Source of the DNA: Eledone cirrhosa
Taxonomy: Eukaryota
Direction: 5' to 3'
DNA length: 64,000 bases
Assembly (NCBI GenBank): GCA_964016885.1
Contig: OZ024743.1
Coordinates: forward strand, 227,788,001-227,852,000
Shown: piece by piece, positions 11,179 to 25,794 of the stretch
Numbering within the stretch: position 1 is the stretch's first letter
Layout: each line of letters starts with the position of its first letter
Made by a program: the position numbers and the translations under genes
Notes under the pieces: generated by a model
The model's database searches: none
The model's input: the letters and a program-made list of their open reading frames with translations, nothing else
Told to the model about the DNA's origin: nothing

Positions 11179-11260
<82 letters not shown>

Positions 11261-12714
11261 GTTGCCCCCTTCATATACCGGTTTCATCCCTCAAAAACGC
11301 ACGTGTGAAAAAAATTACAAACGCGCACGCACATACATACATTGTCTTTACTGATGCTGAGGCGCTTTAGAGACAGTGAGTGGGAGGATGCAGGGTGGAG
11401 CCGTGTACCATCTCTCTCAATCCATCTCTCCCAGTCCACTTTTTTCTTCTGACGTCCTTCTTTTCTACTGAACTTTTCCTTGGAAGATGGTCTTCGTTAT
11501 TCCACCAGATTTTGCAATGGCACGGTCACGTGACAGATGATGCATACATACCTATGGTCAGATAGAAAGAATGAACACAGAGAAGCGTGAGAAAGAGAAA
11601 AATACATATATGTGCTTGCATGTGTATTATGTTTCTAAAGATTTTACATACAATCCATGCCACGCTCATAACTTTTTATATCAATGAGTTTTCCAATATA
11701 TGTAAGTGGGAGAGAGGATCGTATGATGTTATAATCTGTAACATTTGGCATGATTATGGACTGTGGAGTATACAATTCCGGTTTAGTAATCTTCTTAGTA
11801 TGGCCAGATCAAGAAATGTCAAATACCAGTTTCGTCAGTTTACCAAACTGTAAGATCAAATTATTTTATTTGGTTAAATGGGGCTCATAACTGGAAGGAA
11901 GAGACCCGCTTGTAAAGCTAGGCTAGGGTGCTAAATACCCAGGCACCAGCTTTCGTTGCCAAACAAGTAAAAATTCCTGAAATCTATTTTTTTAAGTTAG
12001 AAAACTGCTGATCATTCGTGCTCTGCATGAATGAATTAAGGTAATGTCAAACTAGAGAAAAGCTATATAGATCAGATCAATTCTTAGAAATGGAAAATAT
12101 AAAATGTCCACTGAAAGGATCTATAGAACTATGAAAATCTTGTGTATTGTAGTGTATCCAAGTATTTTTAGTAATGCTGCATAATGAAAAGTACTGGACA
12201 TACTTTAAAGGAGTAAATCATTTTATTTAGGGTAACAAACACACAACATGCGTTAGCGCATGTAAATAGAATGCAGCGGAGCACGTACATTGCTGTGAAT
12301 CGAAGCATATTCGAACAGTGCAGTGGAGCGTGTATATTCGAAGAATTTGGTCTATATAATATTATGTTTCCAAAAGGAGTAGCAATAATAATAACATTGT
12401 GTTTAAACTTGAACAGCGAAGAATAATCCCAAATCCGAGATGTTTCTTCTATCACACAGTGCAACTTTATGTATATTTTCATATACAGACAAGGTTGTGT
12501 GGTAAAGGAATTCGCTTCGCAACTACATGTTTCTTAGTTCGCTCCCGCTCTGAGGTGTCTTAACAAAGAAATCTTTATCAATAATCTCGGGAAAATCAAG
12601 GGAAATACGTACCACAAATGAAATGGTAAGTACTGGAGTCGTTAGGAATATCTAAATCAAGGTGATGTCCGGCATAGGTGAAATCTAATGATTGCGTGTA
12701 TATATATATATATC

Positions 12715-12771
<57 letters not shown>

Positions 12772-12835
12772 CGAAGGAAATGTGGTAAGGAACCAGGTGG
12801 ACCATAACGCACCAAAGTACTCAATACTTAGGGTT

Positions 12836-12906
<71 letters not shown>

Positions 12907-13462
12907 TATATATCATATATTGAGTTATAAACTCGAAATAGTCTTTTACAATTAAATAGCTCAAAGAAGGGAATATTTCCGAGCCGTGTAATACAAATGA
13001 ATATATGAGAGAGATGAACACTGATACAAGTATACATATGTTCGAATTGCAAATATATATATATATTGGATAACAAGTTATCGTTTTAGGTGATCCACTT
13101 ATAGGTTCCAGTTAGAGTACTCCGTGTTGTGAATGGTTTTAACGTGCGGCTTAGTTTGACTCAACAAGATGCTTCCATAGTGATGCAGCGAGTTCGCGGT
13201 AGTTTCTATGCAGGTTATGCTTATAACGTATTGGAGATCGATTGACGCAGCATCAAGCGATTAGCGAACTCTAGACGCAACAGATCAACGAAACAATTGT
13301 CAGCAATTTGAATAAAGCCCTTAATGTACAGCCAACCCATGTTACTCTTCTTTCTTTAATATACATACATATATATATCGTTCTTGCTTTCTTCGTATTC
13401 CCACTGCATTTTAAGTTACCTTAAATAGCAACTACACAGCCATTTCTATTCTCCATATATAA

Positions 13463-13516
<54 letters not shown>

Positions 13517-13774
13517 ATAGAGAAATTAATGTGAGCAAGAAGCCAACAGTATTTCATAATATATAAGTGACTATAACGTCAAAATGGAAAATATTTAACG
13601 TAAGATATGGGAAAATAATTCAAACTCAATTTTTAAAAAAATCAAGACAGAAATCTTATCCACAGATTTTGTGAAATCCACGGAAAAAACCAATAGAGTC
13701 TTAACTCAGAATATCATTAAGGTTAAATACTCATCCTTCAATTTGGAAAAATTACAAATGCTCTATATAGTCTT

Positions 13775-13839
13775 AAAAAGACTATTTCACGAAACTTTTC
13801 AGTGGGGTTATTCACAGTTGGAACCGTTCATCAGTAGAA
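13775..13839 (-). ncRNA. Hammerhead-like motif, partly degenerate
   Basis: Reverse complement: CTGATGA-ACG...CGT-GAAA-TAG-TC; stem I weak; lies in a ~370-bp unique segment bounded by (TA)n. Confidence 0.5.
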
Positions 13840-14017
13840 CTCAAACACGATAACCAAACTACTGCTAAAATATGCCAGAAAATATATATATATATACATG
13901 TATGTGTGTGTATCTGTGTGTTTCTGAGTGTAGCTTTCTCCTCAACTATTACTTACCTCATAATTCTTAATATTAACTATACTGCTTTTCATATATATAT
14001 ATATATATATATATATG

Positions 14018-14239
14018 AGATCAAAAGATGGTTAAAAGAGTTCAAAGTATTTTATTATGCGCATTTCAAAAACAAATAACATCATGGGATGATATCTGCG
14101 TTCTCATCAGATGAAATAGGGAGACATGAGCAGTGAAGTTTTAAATCAACATATAACGCAGATATCATCCCATGATGATATTTGTTTTTGAAATGCGCTT
14201 AATAAAATACTTGGAACTCTTTTAACCATCTTTTGATCT
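14018..14239. repeat. Inverted repeat (85-bp arms, ~52-bp spacer) carrying a hammerhead
   Basis: 14018-14102 vs 14155-14239 are reverse complements with few mismatches; adjacent to (TA)n. Confidence 0.92.
14048..14118 (-). ncRNA. Type I hammerhead ribozyme motif
   Basis: Reverse complement: TATTTCAT-CTGATGA-GAACGCAGATATCATC ccat GATGTTATTTGTTTTT-GAAA-TGCGCA-TA-ATAAAATA; stem I pairs 7/8, palindromic stem III. Confidence 0.8.
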
Positions 14240-14297
14240 TATATTATTTATACTCCAGTCCTACAAACTGTAGAGTGCTACAATCAATAAAACTCAC

Positions 14298-14623
<326 letters not shown>

Positions 14624-16099
14624 TAGCTATTTATTTAATGATCGCAGGAAATTATATTATATTTAATTGAATTATCCTATTTGCATAAATCTGTTATCTT
14701 TTATGAGCTGTGTATGTATATATAGGTATGCATGTATGTAAATATCTACGTACCAGCTTATAGATAACAGGAATAAAAGGAATACTAAATGAGTGACTAA
14801 GATACAGCACTGTATGAAATTGCTATTTAATTTTAAGTATCTTTTATTGCCAAACTTTCAATCAACTATGTATCTCTATGTGTATCTACGTGTGTCTATG
14901 TGTATTTATGTGACACTTTATTGAAGTGTTATAAATATATCTTCAAAATCACATTTAAGTATTGCTACCGCCATTATTCCGAATACTGGATTTAGAGACG
15001 TTAGGGGACAGAAGTAATCCTTCGAAAGATTTAAAGAAGAGAAATGCTAAACTTAAAAGTTTGAATAGGTCAAATATTGGCAGCTGGTTACAACAAATTC
15101 TGCTATTATTTCCTTATTTGTATGCGTTAGTGCTTTTATCTTTGTTGGGCTTCTCTTAGAATCTGATTTAAAATCAGTAGAAGTCAAATTCCAAATGACA
15201 CCGCAACATGTGTTGCACAAGTTCCACTTTGACATGACACAATGGCAAATGGTTTATATAGATTTATGGAAGAACTTCATTATAAATTATCTGACCCTTC
15301 GAAACAAAATTCAATAATTGTATTGGAATCCTTAGAAGAACTCGACCCAGCTATGTAGAAGGGGTCAAATATAAACCTTCCTTGTGTTGTAGCCAGTGAA
15401 AAGGGACTAATGTTTCTTCACTCGGCTTACATCCTTTCAATGACAGTAGACGAGCAATACGTGTAATGATGTATCATTTCAGTTTAGTGGTTTGGTGAAG
15501 TACAGGGACAATAGGAGAATTTTGACTGGAGAGTATGTAGAAGTGAAAGTTCATGTGTAGAGTTCATCTGTATCATGAATTGGTAAGTTATCTGGCAAAC
15601 ATAAGATTATTACAATATTTCTATACAAAATTATGTGCAAATCTTTTTGTTACTATGACAATAATATAGACCGACTATTTATTCTCTAGTTCACTTTTCT
15701 AATCTGTTCTTTACTCTTCTATTCACAGTAACAATTTAATGGTCTAAATTAAATGAGTAACAGGTTAATGTTTAGAAAAAAAAAAAGATTTTTAAATCAC
15801 ATCTAACTGTTAATTATGTTTTCTGAATTGTAAATAAAAACTTATTTATATGTTTTGATTTATTGGGTAAGGTTGAACATGAGTTTTTGTATTTATTATG
15901 TATAATATATATATATTTCTTTGGGGAGGTGGGGAGAGAAATGCAATTTTAAAAGCTTTATTTCAAAATTAAGGAAGAAGTGCAATGGAACCTCATGAAA
16001 TAAAATATTTTGCCCGAGGGTACAATGCACCACGTTACGATCGCGAGCCAAACACCCTAACTTAAATTTCTCGCCACTATGATAAAAATAATGAAATCG

Positions 16100-16400
16100 T
16101 ATGGCTGGCTTTGTGGTTAGGGTGTTAAGCTTACCATGGCAGGATCGTGAGTTTAATTCTAGGACTGGACTGCGTTGCTCGAGTCTATTCAGCTTGGGAA
16201 ATATGTTGCGATGTTAATGGTGCCAAGCTGTACTGTAATTTGCCTTTCCTTTGGTCAACATTGGTGATGTGGAAAGGGGAGACTAATATGCATGGACAAC
16301 TGCTGGTCTTCCATAAAACACCTTGCTCAAGATTGTGCCTTGGAGAAGACCTTTCTAGGTGAATATTCTTGATCATTCATGACTGTTGGGTGGGGTCGTT
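16100..16400 (+). mobile_element. tRNA-derived SINE family B
   Basis: tRNA-like head GTGGTTAGGGTGTT...GAGTTTAATTCT; body GGTGCCAAGCTGTA...ACTGCTGGTCTTC shared with 28797-29100. Confidence 0.7.
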
Positions 16401-16887
16401 TATGAGATATTAAATATATGCAAAATAAAAGACAACACATTCCTAACGAGATCAATTATCTTTTATTTCAAAGTGAAATTATTTTTTTACATCCTTGCTT
16501 TAAAAAATAATTTGCATTATTTTTCTAAAGGAAAAGAAAAAAGACGTTTTTTTTATTTATTTTTATTTCTACAAAATGTTTTATTGAACATAATCATGTG
16601 ATTGTTTCAGTATAAGTATTATTTATTGATAGTTCCGAAGACATTTTAGTGTAAGCCAGAACCAAAGTACTCTTTTGTGTTTAATGTGAGCCGTTATCGA
16701 TGTTGAGGGAGTAAGAGGTGATACTTTCGCTGAGCGTTGATAAAGTACCGGTCAAATACTGGGGCCGTTATAATCGATTTTCTTTTCCTCCAAAATTGTG
16801 CCTAAATAAGAAACCGCCATTATTATTGTCATTACCCTTACTGTCATTATCATTGCTAATATAGTCAACATTCTGACAAGGACATCC

Positions 16888-16918
<31 letters not shown>

Positions 16919-16954
16919 CATCATTATCATCTTCATCATCATCATACTATCATC

Positions 16955-16988
<34 letters not shown>

Positions 16989-17389
16989 TTTATTAAACTG
17001 AAAACTTAGTAATGATATCAAAATTTACTGAAAATTTCAAAGAAAACAGTTACTGTGCTAAATTAAGTGTTGCTTTTTGTTGTTGTTATATTTTTTAACT
17101 TTCCCCATTTTATCTTAATGAGTGACTTTTAATGAGTTTTCCAATAGATAAGGTAATTGACTTTATCACAGTGTTAGAAGTCTAAAGTTCTATTACATAT
17201 TATGGTGCCATTATATATAAGGCTGCTACAGATAATTGGTGCATTTACTTCCATATTACCAAAGTGAGTATTTATGGTTAAAATGCTGGTCATGAATATA
17301 TAAATATATATATGCGTACATGTGTGTGTTTGATTGTTTGTGTGTGTATATATCATTATCATTATTATTATATAAACATATATAGACAT

Positions 17390-17454
<65 letters not shown>

Positions 17455-17473
17455 CATATGTATACAACAATAT

Positions 17474-17528
<55 letters not shown>

Positions 17529-18643
17529 ATGCATCAACAGGGAAATGTTTCAATCGATAAGGGAATCAAACAGAAACTACTAATTCATGCTGGGAGAACT
17601 GTTCAACCCTCAACCTTGTTCTCTAACCTTGAACACATTTTACTTCCATTCCAGTAAATTTAGCTTGCTAAGGAAGAAATAAGACTAAACCTCAATCTAA
17701 GGGAAGTCCATCTTGATAGTCTCGCATCCCATCCCAGTGGTAATGTTCAACAGGAGGCTAAAGAAAACAGAGTTAATAAACGAATCTATATAATTTAGTT
17801 ATTTGCAATACATAATAGGATTGACATGTATTACTACAACCACCACCGCCTATATAACCACCTCCACAATACACCCACTATCACCATCCCCCCATCAACC
17901 ACCAAAACAAACTCCTTCACTACCACTACCACCACCACCATTTTTCTTTCAAGACAAAATACATTTTTGGTTTTTCTCTAAACACAAGAGGTTGGCCATT
18001 TTAAATTTATATTATTTTATATTATTTTGTTTATTTTGGCAAGTATTCCTTTTGGTATGATATGTCAAATGTCAAATGAACGAGAAGAAGATCAAATCTG
18101 TTTATTGAAAGCGTAGATGGATAGCAGTAGTCTAGAAACTTTTCACTTTTCAATGATGTTCAGTTTATTAAGCTTCTCTGCCACCACTTATTGAAATGAA
18201 ATGTTAGTGTAATCTCCAGGCTAAAAGAGAAAATAGGTTATATAGTAGAATAGTTTACTAATGAGATGAAATATCTCATCTGATACCGCTCCATCCGCCA
18301 TCATCCATGTCTTTCTGGAGACAATGTCAGTAGGTCACAGAAGAAAAGAAACCTAGACGGACAGACAGACAATTAGAAAGCTAGACAGTTAGATAGACGA
18401 AGAGTTGGATAGCTAGCTAACTAGATAGATAGATAACTAGATAGATAGAGAATTTTTTCGGGTTTTTCTTTTTTCTTTGTTATTTGTCAAATCCTACATG
18501 AAAGGAGAATATCTTGCTTGTAAAAAAAACATTTAATCAATAGGACTATCTATGTTGTTGTTGCTGCTGTTATCTGTATGCAGTATGTGTGTGGTGGTGT
18601 ATACGCTCATACAAACAAACAAACAAACACACACACACTCACG

Positions 18644-18677
<34 letters not shown>

Positions 18678-18759
18678 ACACAAGTACAAAGTAACTATAT
18701 GATTGTATTATACACACATATACATGCAATATATATATATGTGTGTGTAGACATACATA

Positions 18760-18797
<38 letters not shown>

Positions 18798-18841
18798 TAT
18801 ATACATGTATTTATATAAACATGTATATATATGTGTGTGTA

Positions 18842-18908
<67 letters not shown>

Positions 18909-18971
18909 CTGTAATCAGTAAAGAAAGAGCCCTTAATATGTGATTAGAGAAATAAATATACTATATTATAA

Positions 18972-19397
18972 GAAATACACGACAAACTGGTGTACACCTT
19001 CATAGGTACTCAGAGTTTCCCGAAACAAGTTGATTTACTTCGATCTTCAGCCTTCTGAAGTCACCTTCACAATACATACGAAAAATGCATACACACACGC
19101 GCGCGCGCGCGCGTATTCATACACAAACACACACACGTTTTTACAGGTATTAACGAGGACACACATAAACGGGCACTTATCTCTTTCATCTCTTATATTT
19201 TAATCACTAAAGAAAGAGCGCAATTGTCGTGCGTGTGTGTGAGGGGTTATATGCATTTTTGACACGTATAATGAGAGTTGTTTTTTCAGAGGGGAATTTA
19301 CTGAAGTATCACCGGCGCTGACTTTCTGAAGTAAATCAACTTGCTTCGGGAAATACTCAGTACCTAAGAAAGTACACGCCAGTTTGCCATGTATTTC
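18972..19397. repeat. Diverged inverted repeat (~70-bp arms) carrying hammerhead sequence in both arms
   Basis: 18972-19041 vs 19328-19397. Confidence 0.82.
19004..19053 (-). ncRNA. Type I hammerhead ribozyme motif, consensus core
   Basis: Reverse complement: AGG-CTGAAGA-TCGAAGTAA atcaac TTGTTTCGG-GAAA-CTCtGAG-TA-CCT; all three stems pair; GUA cleavage triplet. Confidence 0.85.
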
Positions 19398-19409
19398 ATT
19401 CTTTTATAG

Positions 19410-19692
19410 CAGGCATGAGCAACTTTTTTCGAGAAGCGGGCTGCATGAGATATGGCTAATCATTAGGCGGGCCTGAATCGCTAATTTATATTCGTGCCCA
19501 CATTAAAAGAAAAGGGTGGTAACTCAGGTTGTTTGATTCGCTTCTTCAGAATTCGTTCACGTTGTTTTCCTCGCTCGTAAAAATGATAGAAAGATAAATT
19601 ACGACTGAAAATTTTGTGTAAAAAGAATCAGAAAGATTTTACTTAGGTGAGCCATTCAGAAAGCTTCGAGGGCCGCAGGTTGCCCATGACTG
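19410..19692. mobile_element. hAT (Charlie-like) MITE
   Basis: TIRs CAGGCATGAGCAAC / GTTGCCCATGACTG; imperfect 8-bp TSD TTTTATAG/CTTTATAA; subterminal GCGGGC motifs. Confidence 0.8.
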
Positions 19693-19743
19693 CTTTATAA
19701 TATATATATATATAATTTGGAAAGTATGCTTCGTAGAATCGAG

Positions 19744-19838
19744 AGATATCCGAGGATCTTGCGATTTCAGAGCCAGGTTTGATCACTGCATCGATTGTGC
19801 CTCGAGCTGGTCGCTAGAGAAACGATTGTAATATGTCT
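19744..19838 (+). ncRNA. Hammerhead-like motif (one core substitution)
   Basis: ATAT-CCGAGGA-TCTtGCGA...TCGCTAGA-GAAA-CGATTG-TA-ATAT. Confidence 0.55.
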
Positions 19839-19880
19839 AATAAATCTTATTCGTCGCACCACTGATTCTCCGTTTCTTAT

Positions 19881-19920
<40 letters not shown>

Positions 19921-19976
19921 ATAAGAAACGGAGAATCAGTGGTGCGACGAATAAGATTTATTAGACATATTACAAT
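19825..19976. repeat. Perfect 152-bp palindrome: 59-bp arms around (AT)17
   Basis: ATTGTAATATGTCTAATAAATCTTATTCGTCGCACCACTGATTCTCCGTTTCTTATGTG and its exact reverse complement. Confidence 0.97.
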
Positions 19977-20940
<964 letters not shown>

Positions 20941-21231
20941 TGTCTCTGTGTCTGTCGGTCTATCAACCATATACTCACGACATTTTAAACTTAAAAATAA
21001 AAGAAACCAAATAATAATTAAGTTAAATGGAACATGTTTAGAAGGATTTAGAATGACTATAATAGCTTATAATAGAATAATATTTTTGACTTGAACTTGT
21101 CTGGCAAGTGACTTGATCTGAGACCGTGAGCTGAAAACAAAACAATTACTGCATAGAAGAGACATTTTAGTCACTTAGATACAAATAAAAACTTCTAGCA
21201 TTACTTCATATATGTCATTTATTTTGGGGGG

Positions 21232-21274
21232 TGTCAAAAGTTTCGTCGCACTGTCTGCGACCTGATCCCTGACA
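21232..21274 (-). ncRNA. Degenerate hammerhead-like motif
   Basis: Stems TGTCA/TGACA and GTCGCA/TGCGAC followed by GAAA; the CUGANGA box is corrupted. Confidence 0.35.
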
Positions 21275-21506
21275 GTTCCACTGCATCTCAGTAAAATGTT
21301 ATTTCACAGTAATAGAGAAAGAGAAGATGAGAGAACTTTGACATTATCAGATAACATACTTCATATAGTAGTTATCGTCAAATTTCCGTCAATAAAGTTC
21401 TATCTTCAATTCCTTTGATACCAGCCTACATGAGACTGTCTCTAGTTCTCTCATTTTAAAGTGTTAATAATTAAATTGTGCAGCCATCTTAACAACGTGG
21501 AATACA

Positions 21507-21507
<1 letters not shown>

Positions 21508-21593
<86 letters not shown>
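21508..21593. repeat. (CT)n microsatellite
   Basis: Direct reading. Confidence 0.97.
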
Positions 21594-23232
21594 CTACAGA
21601 ATCCTTCTCTGGTGGCTGCAGTGATAACTGGTGCTTCTGGTCATGCCTGAATCGCTCCGAGCAACTGTTGGTCGCTATAGAGTCAACCTTCAGAAATGGG
21701 GTATGCCATTGATGATAATTCTAACTGCCAATGCAGGCAATTGCAAGCTAGTTTGCCCCAATCTTGAAGATTCATGCACACTTAACGACCTTGAAACCCT
21801 AACACCCCAGGCCAGGCTCTGTGTGCTACACTGGATGGGTGTGGTGTAGCGACTCGATAAGAAGAAATATTTAAATTCAAACATTCCAAGATAACTTAGT
21901 TGTGGAGAAGTATGTACGGAATTGTAGTGGCGCACTCATCCTCCAGCAGGCTCAATAGAAAATGATATAAATGGGCAATTACAAACGTGCTTTAAATGAA
22001 GAGAATGCATATGAGAGGAAAGGCCTGACCAAATAGACCCGATGAAGGGACTAAATATTAGAGGTGACAGCCGTATAGCAGATAAAGCTATCCTCTCTCA
22101 CTGCTCCCACCCCAATTCTCACTGCACCATCCTTTCCCTTAGAACCAAAGATGACCCTTGATGTGTCTGATCATCTCTACCATCTGACGTTCAGCTGCCC
22201 TTTACATTATTCGCTCTACAATCCCGTCCGAAACCGGGAATATCTTTAGTCTTCTCTATATTCAACATACCCTACCTTATGTATCTATTCCATCCACGGT
22301 TGTGTATGAGCATCAGATCCATTTGTATCCGTACATCCTACCAATGCTCTCTTTACTGCCAGCTATCACTTCCCTTTCCACAGATCAATTCTCTTCTACT
22401 ACCCCTCAATTCGCCCTCTTCCTCATCCTATACTGCCCCTCTCCTCTCTTCTCTCATTTCTGACTCTTCTATTAACGCTCTCCCCACTAGACTGTATTCA
22501 CCACGCACAATCTCTGCCATCATATCCTAAAACGTCGATGCAAACTCTGAAACACGTTACTTTGATAGAACGAAGGCAACTGCTCAGATTGTAAACTACT
22601 TTTTTTAAAGCAAGAATCTCTGCTTACTGTTTTAAACATTGTTATTTCTGTAGTAAAAAAAAATACTAATTTAATTTTTTCAATCCTCAACACCACAGAC
22701 AAAATATAATCATTGCCTGTAGGTCGATTTATTTATTTAGTAAGTAATTTAATGATATATTCAATAGTATTCTTACCTTTTAAAAATTAATATCTTTATG
22801 CATGAAGAATTTCATTCTTCTCGCTAATTTCTTTCTCATTTTTGTAGATACTTTAAAATCGCTTCTCTTGTAGTAAAATAACAGCTGCAAATATTTCGTT
22901 CTCCAAATATTATTTTTGTTCTACAATTAACGAAAGCAGGTTCAATTCCATCCTATTTCTACTTTTGTTTTGGTGGAGGTTACTTTTGAAAACACTTTTT
23001 ACAATTGCATAATGTTGTGATATGAAACGTCGATGCACATACTCGTGTCATGGCTTGACTGAAAGGTTTGCAAGGAGAAATTGTGGCGTTCGCTGTTGTG
23101 ACATGTAATTTAATGTGTAAGTCGTCTCAAGAATTTTTTTTGTTTCATATCTTGATATTTTCTCTGGTTACTTTCTGCAAATTATTAATATTTTGATAAT
23201 TTGTATAAATAAATATTTGTGAAAGAGTGTCG

Positions 23233-23309
<77 letters not shown>

Positions 23310-23466
23310 AAGCAAAGAAAATTCAGTGATACGAAAGATTTCCTGATGGAAGTTCAGGTATACTCCGGATTGGTATCCAGTTTCGGATTAAAAATACAAT
23401 TTGAAAATCCAACGGTGTGTGTGTGTGGAAATAACTCTTTAACTAACTCGTCTTATGGACTGAATG

Positions 23467-23509
23467 CTCTACTTACTACGTTTCGGACACTAGTCATCAG
23501 AAGATAGAG
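23467..23509 (-). ncRNA. Hammerhead-like motif with short or damaged stem II
   Basis: Reverse complement: CTCTATCTT-CTGATGA-CTAGTGTCC-GAAA-CGTAG-TA-AGTAGAG. Confidence 0.55.
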
Positions 23510-24435
23510 GAAGAAATAAAAAAAAAATGATATAGAAAGATAGAGTGCGAAGAGGAAGGAACGGGAAAAAAGCAATAACAGTCGTCGGCTCAGCCAGACT
23601 CAAGAAATACTGATTTTGCTACTGTAAAAAAAACTGCTTTGATAGTTTTGTTGGGTTTATTAAATTCCAGCTGAAGTATCATGTTTTGTTAAATCTGAGA
23701 TCGTATTTCAAAATTGCATAATGAATTTTTTTTACTATCTTGTTTTCGCTTCTGTAATCTAACCGTGGGAGAGTTTGCTGGACATTTTGAATCTTTTCAC
23801 CAACTGTCCATTATATAAATTGGTAAAGTTTGGGAAACATCTAGATTTATTAAGAAACACCATAGCTTGCACACATTGCGACGATACTTGTGTATAAGGT
23901 GTGACTTTCACTTTGGTATACAAAATGACGCTATTTTTTGTTGTTGAACGACGAGTGTTCCGTTTGAGTCTCTCAACGGAGCAGGGGCTGCTCGTGAAAT
24001 TAAACATGCATGTGGCTTAGCATTTCACAAACTCATGTAGCTTTAACATACTTTTCAGGGAGATTCAGCATGAACCGATATGTGAGAAAGCCACCTATTT
24101 CAATTATAGGTAGAACAATTTTTGTTGGCTGAATGTAGTGGTTTAATGTGAAGCAGTGTTTTGTTCAAGGGCACATCGATCATGCCGCTAACACCTTAAC
24201 CACTAAGCCACCCATCTGTAGGTACATGACACCGTATATTAAGAAAAACCACTAGATTTAGGGCTCGTAATTAAGTAAATGTTGCCGACAAGTTTCGGTT
24301 TAATTTATAATACAATGAGTATCTAACTGATCACTCAATGTATTAGAAATAACAGCCAGATATCTCGCAATTCACACTGTACCGTTTCTAAGGTTACAGA
24401 CAGGTAAAAATAAATATCATAAACAAATTCTAAAA

Positions 24436-24685
24436 TTGGTTAGAATGGTTCAAAAGAGAATAGCTGGACAGATTTTACGGGCAAAACCAACCGACAGGAG
24501 ACCCAGGGGTAGACACCGAGCAAGTTGGTTGGATAACAACATCCTTGAGCTTGGCTGGTCATGCTTGGGGATCCAGCCGGATCAATTGGAGACGGTTGCT
24601 TCTAACAGAATCCGCTGGAAGGAGTGTTGAGGACTCTGCCCCCCCCCCCCCATAGCCCTCTCAAGAAGAAGAAGAAGAAGAAGAA
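24436..24685 (+). mobile_element. RTE-clade LINE 3' fragment with (GAA)n tail
   Basis: VRM...RIAGQILRAKPTDRRPRGRHRASWLD...VASNRIRWKE, a typical RTE ORF C-terminus, then a short UTR and GAA repeats. Confidence 0.75.
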
Positions 24686-24869
24686 ATAAAATAGAATAAA
24701 ATAAATTTATAAAGTAGCGTACTGTTTCCAGAAAGTAACAAAAAGTCCAACGTTTGAAGGTGACGTGTCATCAAACGTTGCCTTTTCAGCTACTTGTAGC
24801 ATAATCTGGCGAATTTGTGTGTTGGACACCCGTCAGTTCTGACGAAGAGTTTTCCAGTTTTTTTTAATA

Positions 24870-25115
24870 ACGAAACAGCCTGTTTATGAAATTAACTTGT
24901 ACGTGGCTGAGTATTCCACAAATACGCACACCACAAATGAAATTATCCCAGAGATTCGGCATTACATGTGTGACAAGGCTAGCTCTTTGAATTATCAGCC
25001 GCGTGGACTGAAGCAACATAAAATATTGTCTTTATCAAGGACACGACTCACCGCCCAGTCAAGGAACCTAACACACGACCTTTCGATTGTGAAGCCGGCA
25101 CCCTAACCACTATGA
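24870..25115 (-). mobile_element. tRNA-derived SINE (family B-like head, different tail); relatives at ~23960-24210, 34200-34455 and 51810-52040
   Basis: Shared GTGAAATTAAC.TGCA.GTGGCTGAG.ATTC.ACA...GAGATTCAGC...GTGA.AAG...TCAAGG.CAC...CTAACCACT. Confidence 0.7.
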
Positions 25116-25182
25116 CACCTACATTCACCAAACTGCATAGTTATACTGATACATGGCGTAAGCATAATATACATATATTATT

Positions 25183-25770
25183 ATTTTGCCTTTCATCCTT
25201 ACGGGGTCGATGAAATAAAGTATCAGTAATGCACTGGGATAATTGCTGGCCTTGTGCCAAAAGTAGAAATAATTATTATTTATGAGTCCAGGTTGGTGGA
25301 TTGGCAGAATGGGTAGAGCATAGGACAACATGCTTAGTGGCATAGAGTTATGGCCCTTTACATTATGAGTTCAAATCCTGTCGAGGTAAGCTTTGCCTTT
25401 CATTCTTACGGGGTTGATAAAACAAAGCACTAGTAGCACTAGGGTCGAATTAATCGACTTTCCCTTCCCCTTCAAATTGCAGCCCTTGTGCCTAAAGTAG
25501 AAACAACTATTATTTACGGTCTGAGTTCAAATCCCGTCGAGGTTGACTTTGCCTTTCATCCTTACGGGGTCGATAAAATAAAGTACCAGTAATGCACTGG
25601 GTAATTGCTGGCCTTGTGCCTAAAGTAGAAACAATTATTCATGAGTTCAATTCCTGACGAGATTAATTTTACCTTTTATCTTTACGTGGACGATAAAATA
25701 AAATACCAGTCAAATACTAGGGTCAACACAATCGATTTACACCATCCCCATTGCGGCTAAATTAGAAATT
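25183..25770 (+). mobile_element. Array of four head-to-tail family A SINEs
   Basis: Copies at ~25183-25275, 25290-25510, 25515-25640 and 25642-25770. Confidence 0.88.
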
Positions 25771-25794
25771 ACCCCCAACTTCCACAATTCTACC

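Noticed and set aside
12000-12065. Possible hAT transposase C-terminal remnant (FSSL...MQSTNDQQFSNL)
   Set aside because: Too short and frameshifted to call
21700-22560. Possible decayed PLE endonuclease end (…PMKGLN) with CT-rich UTR; similar hints at 28510-28720 and 30300-30900
   Set aside because: Motifs too eroded to assign without a profile search
24835-24880. CTGACGA...GAAAC
   Set aside because: The GAAAC appears to belong to the tail of the adjacent minus-strand SINE; stems do not pair
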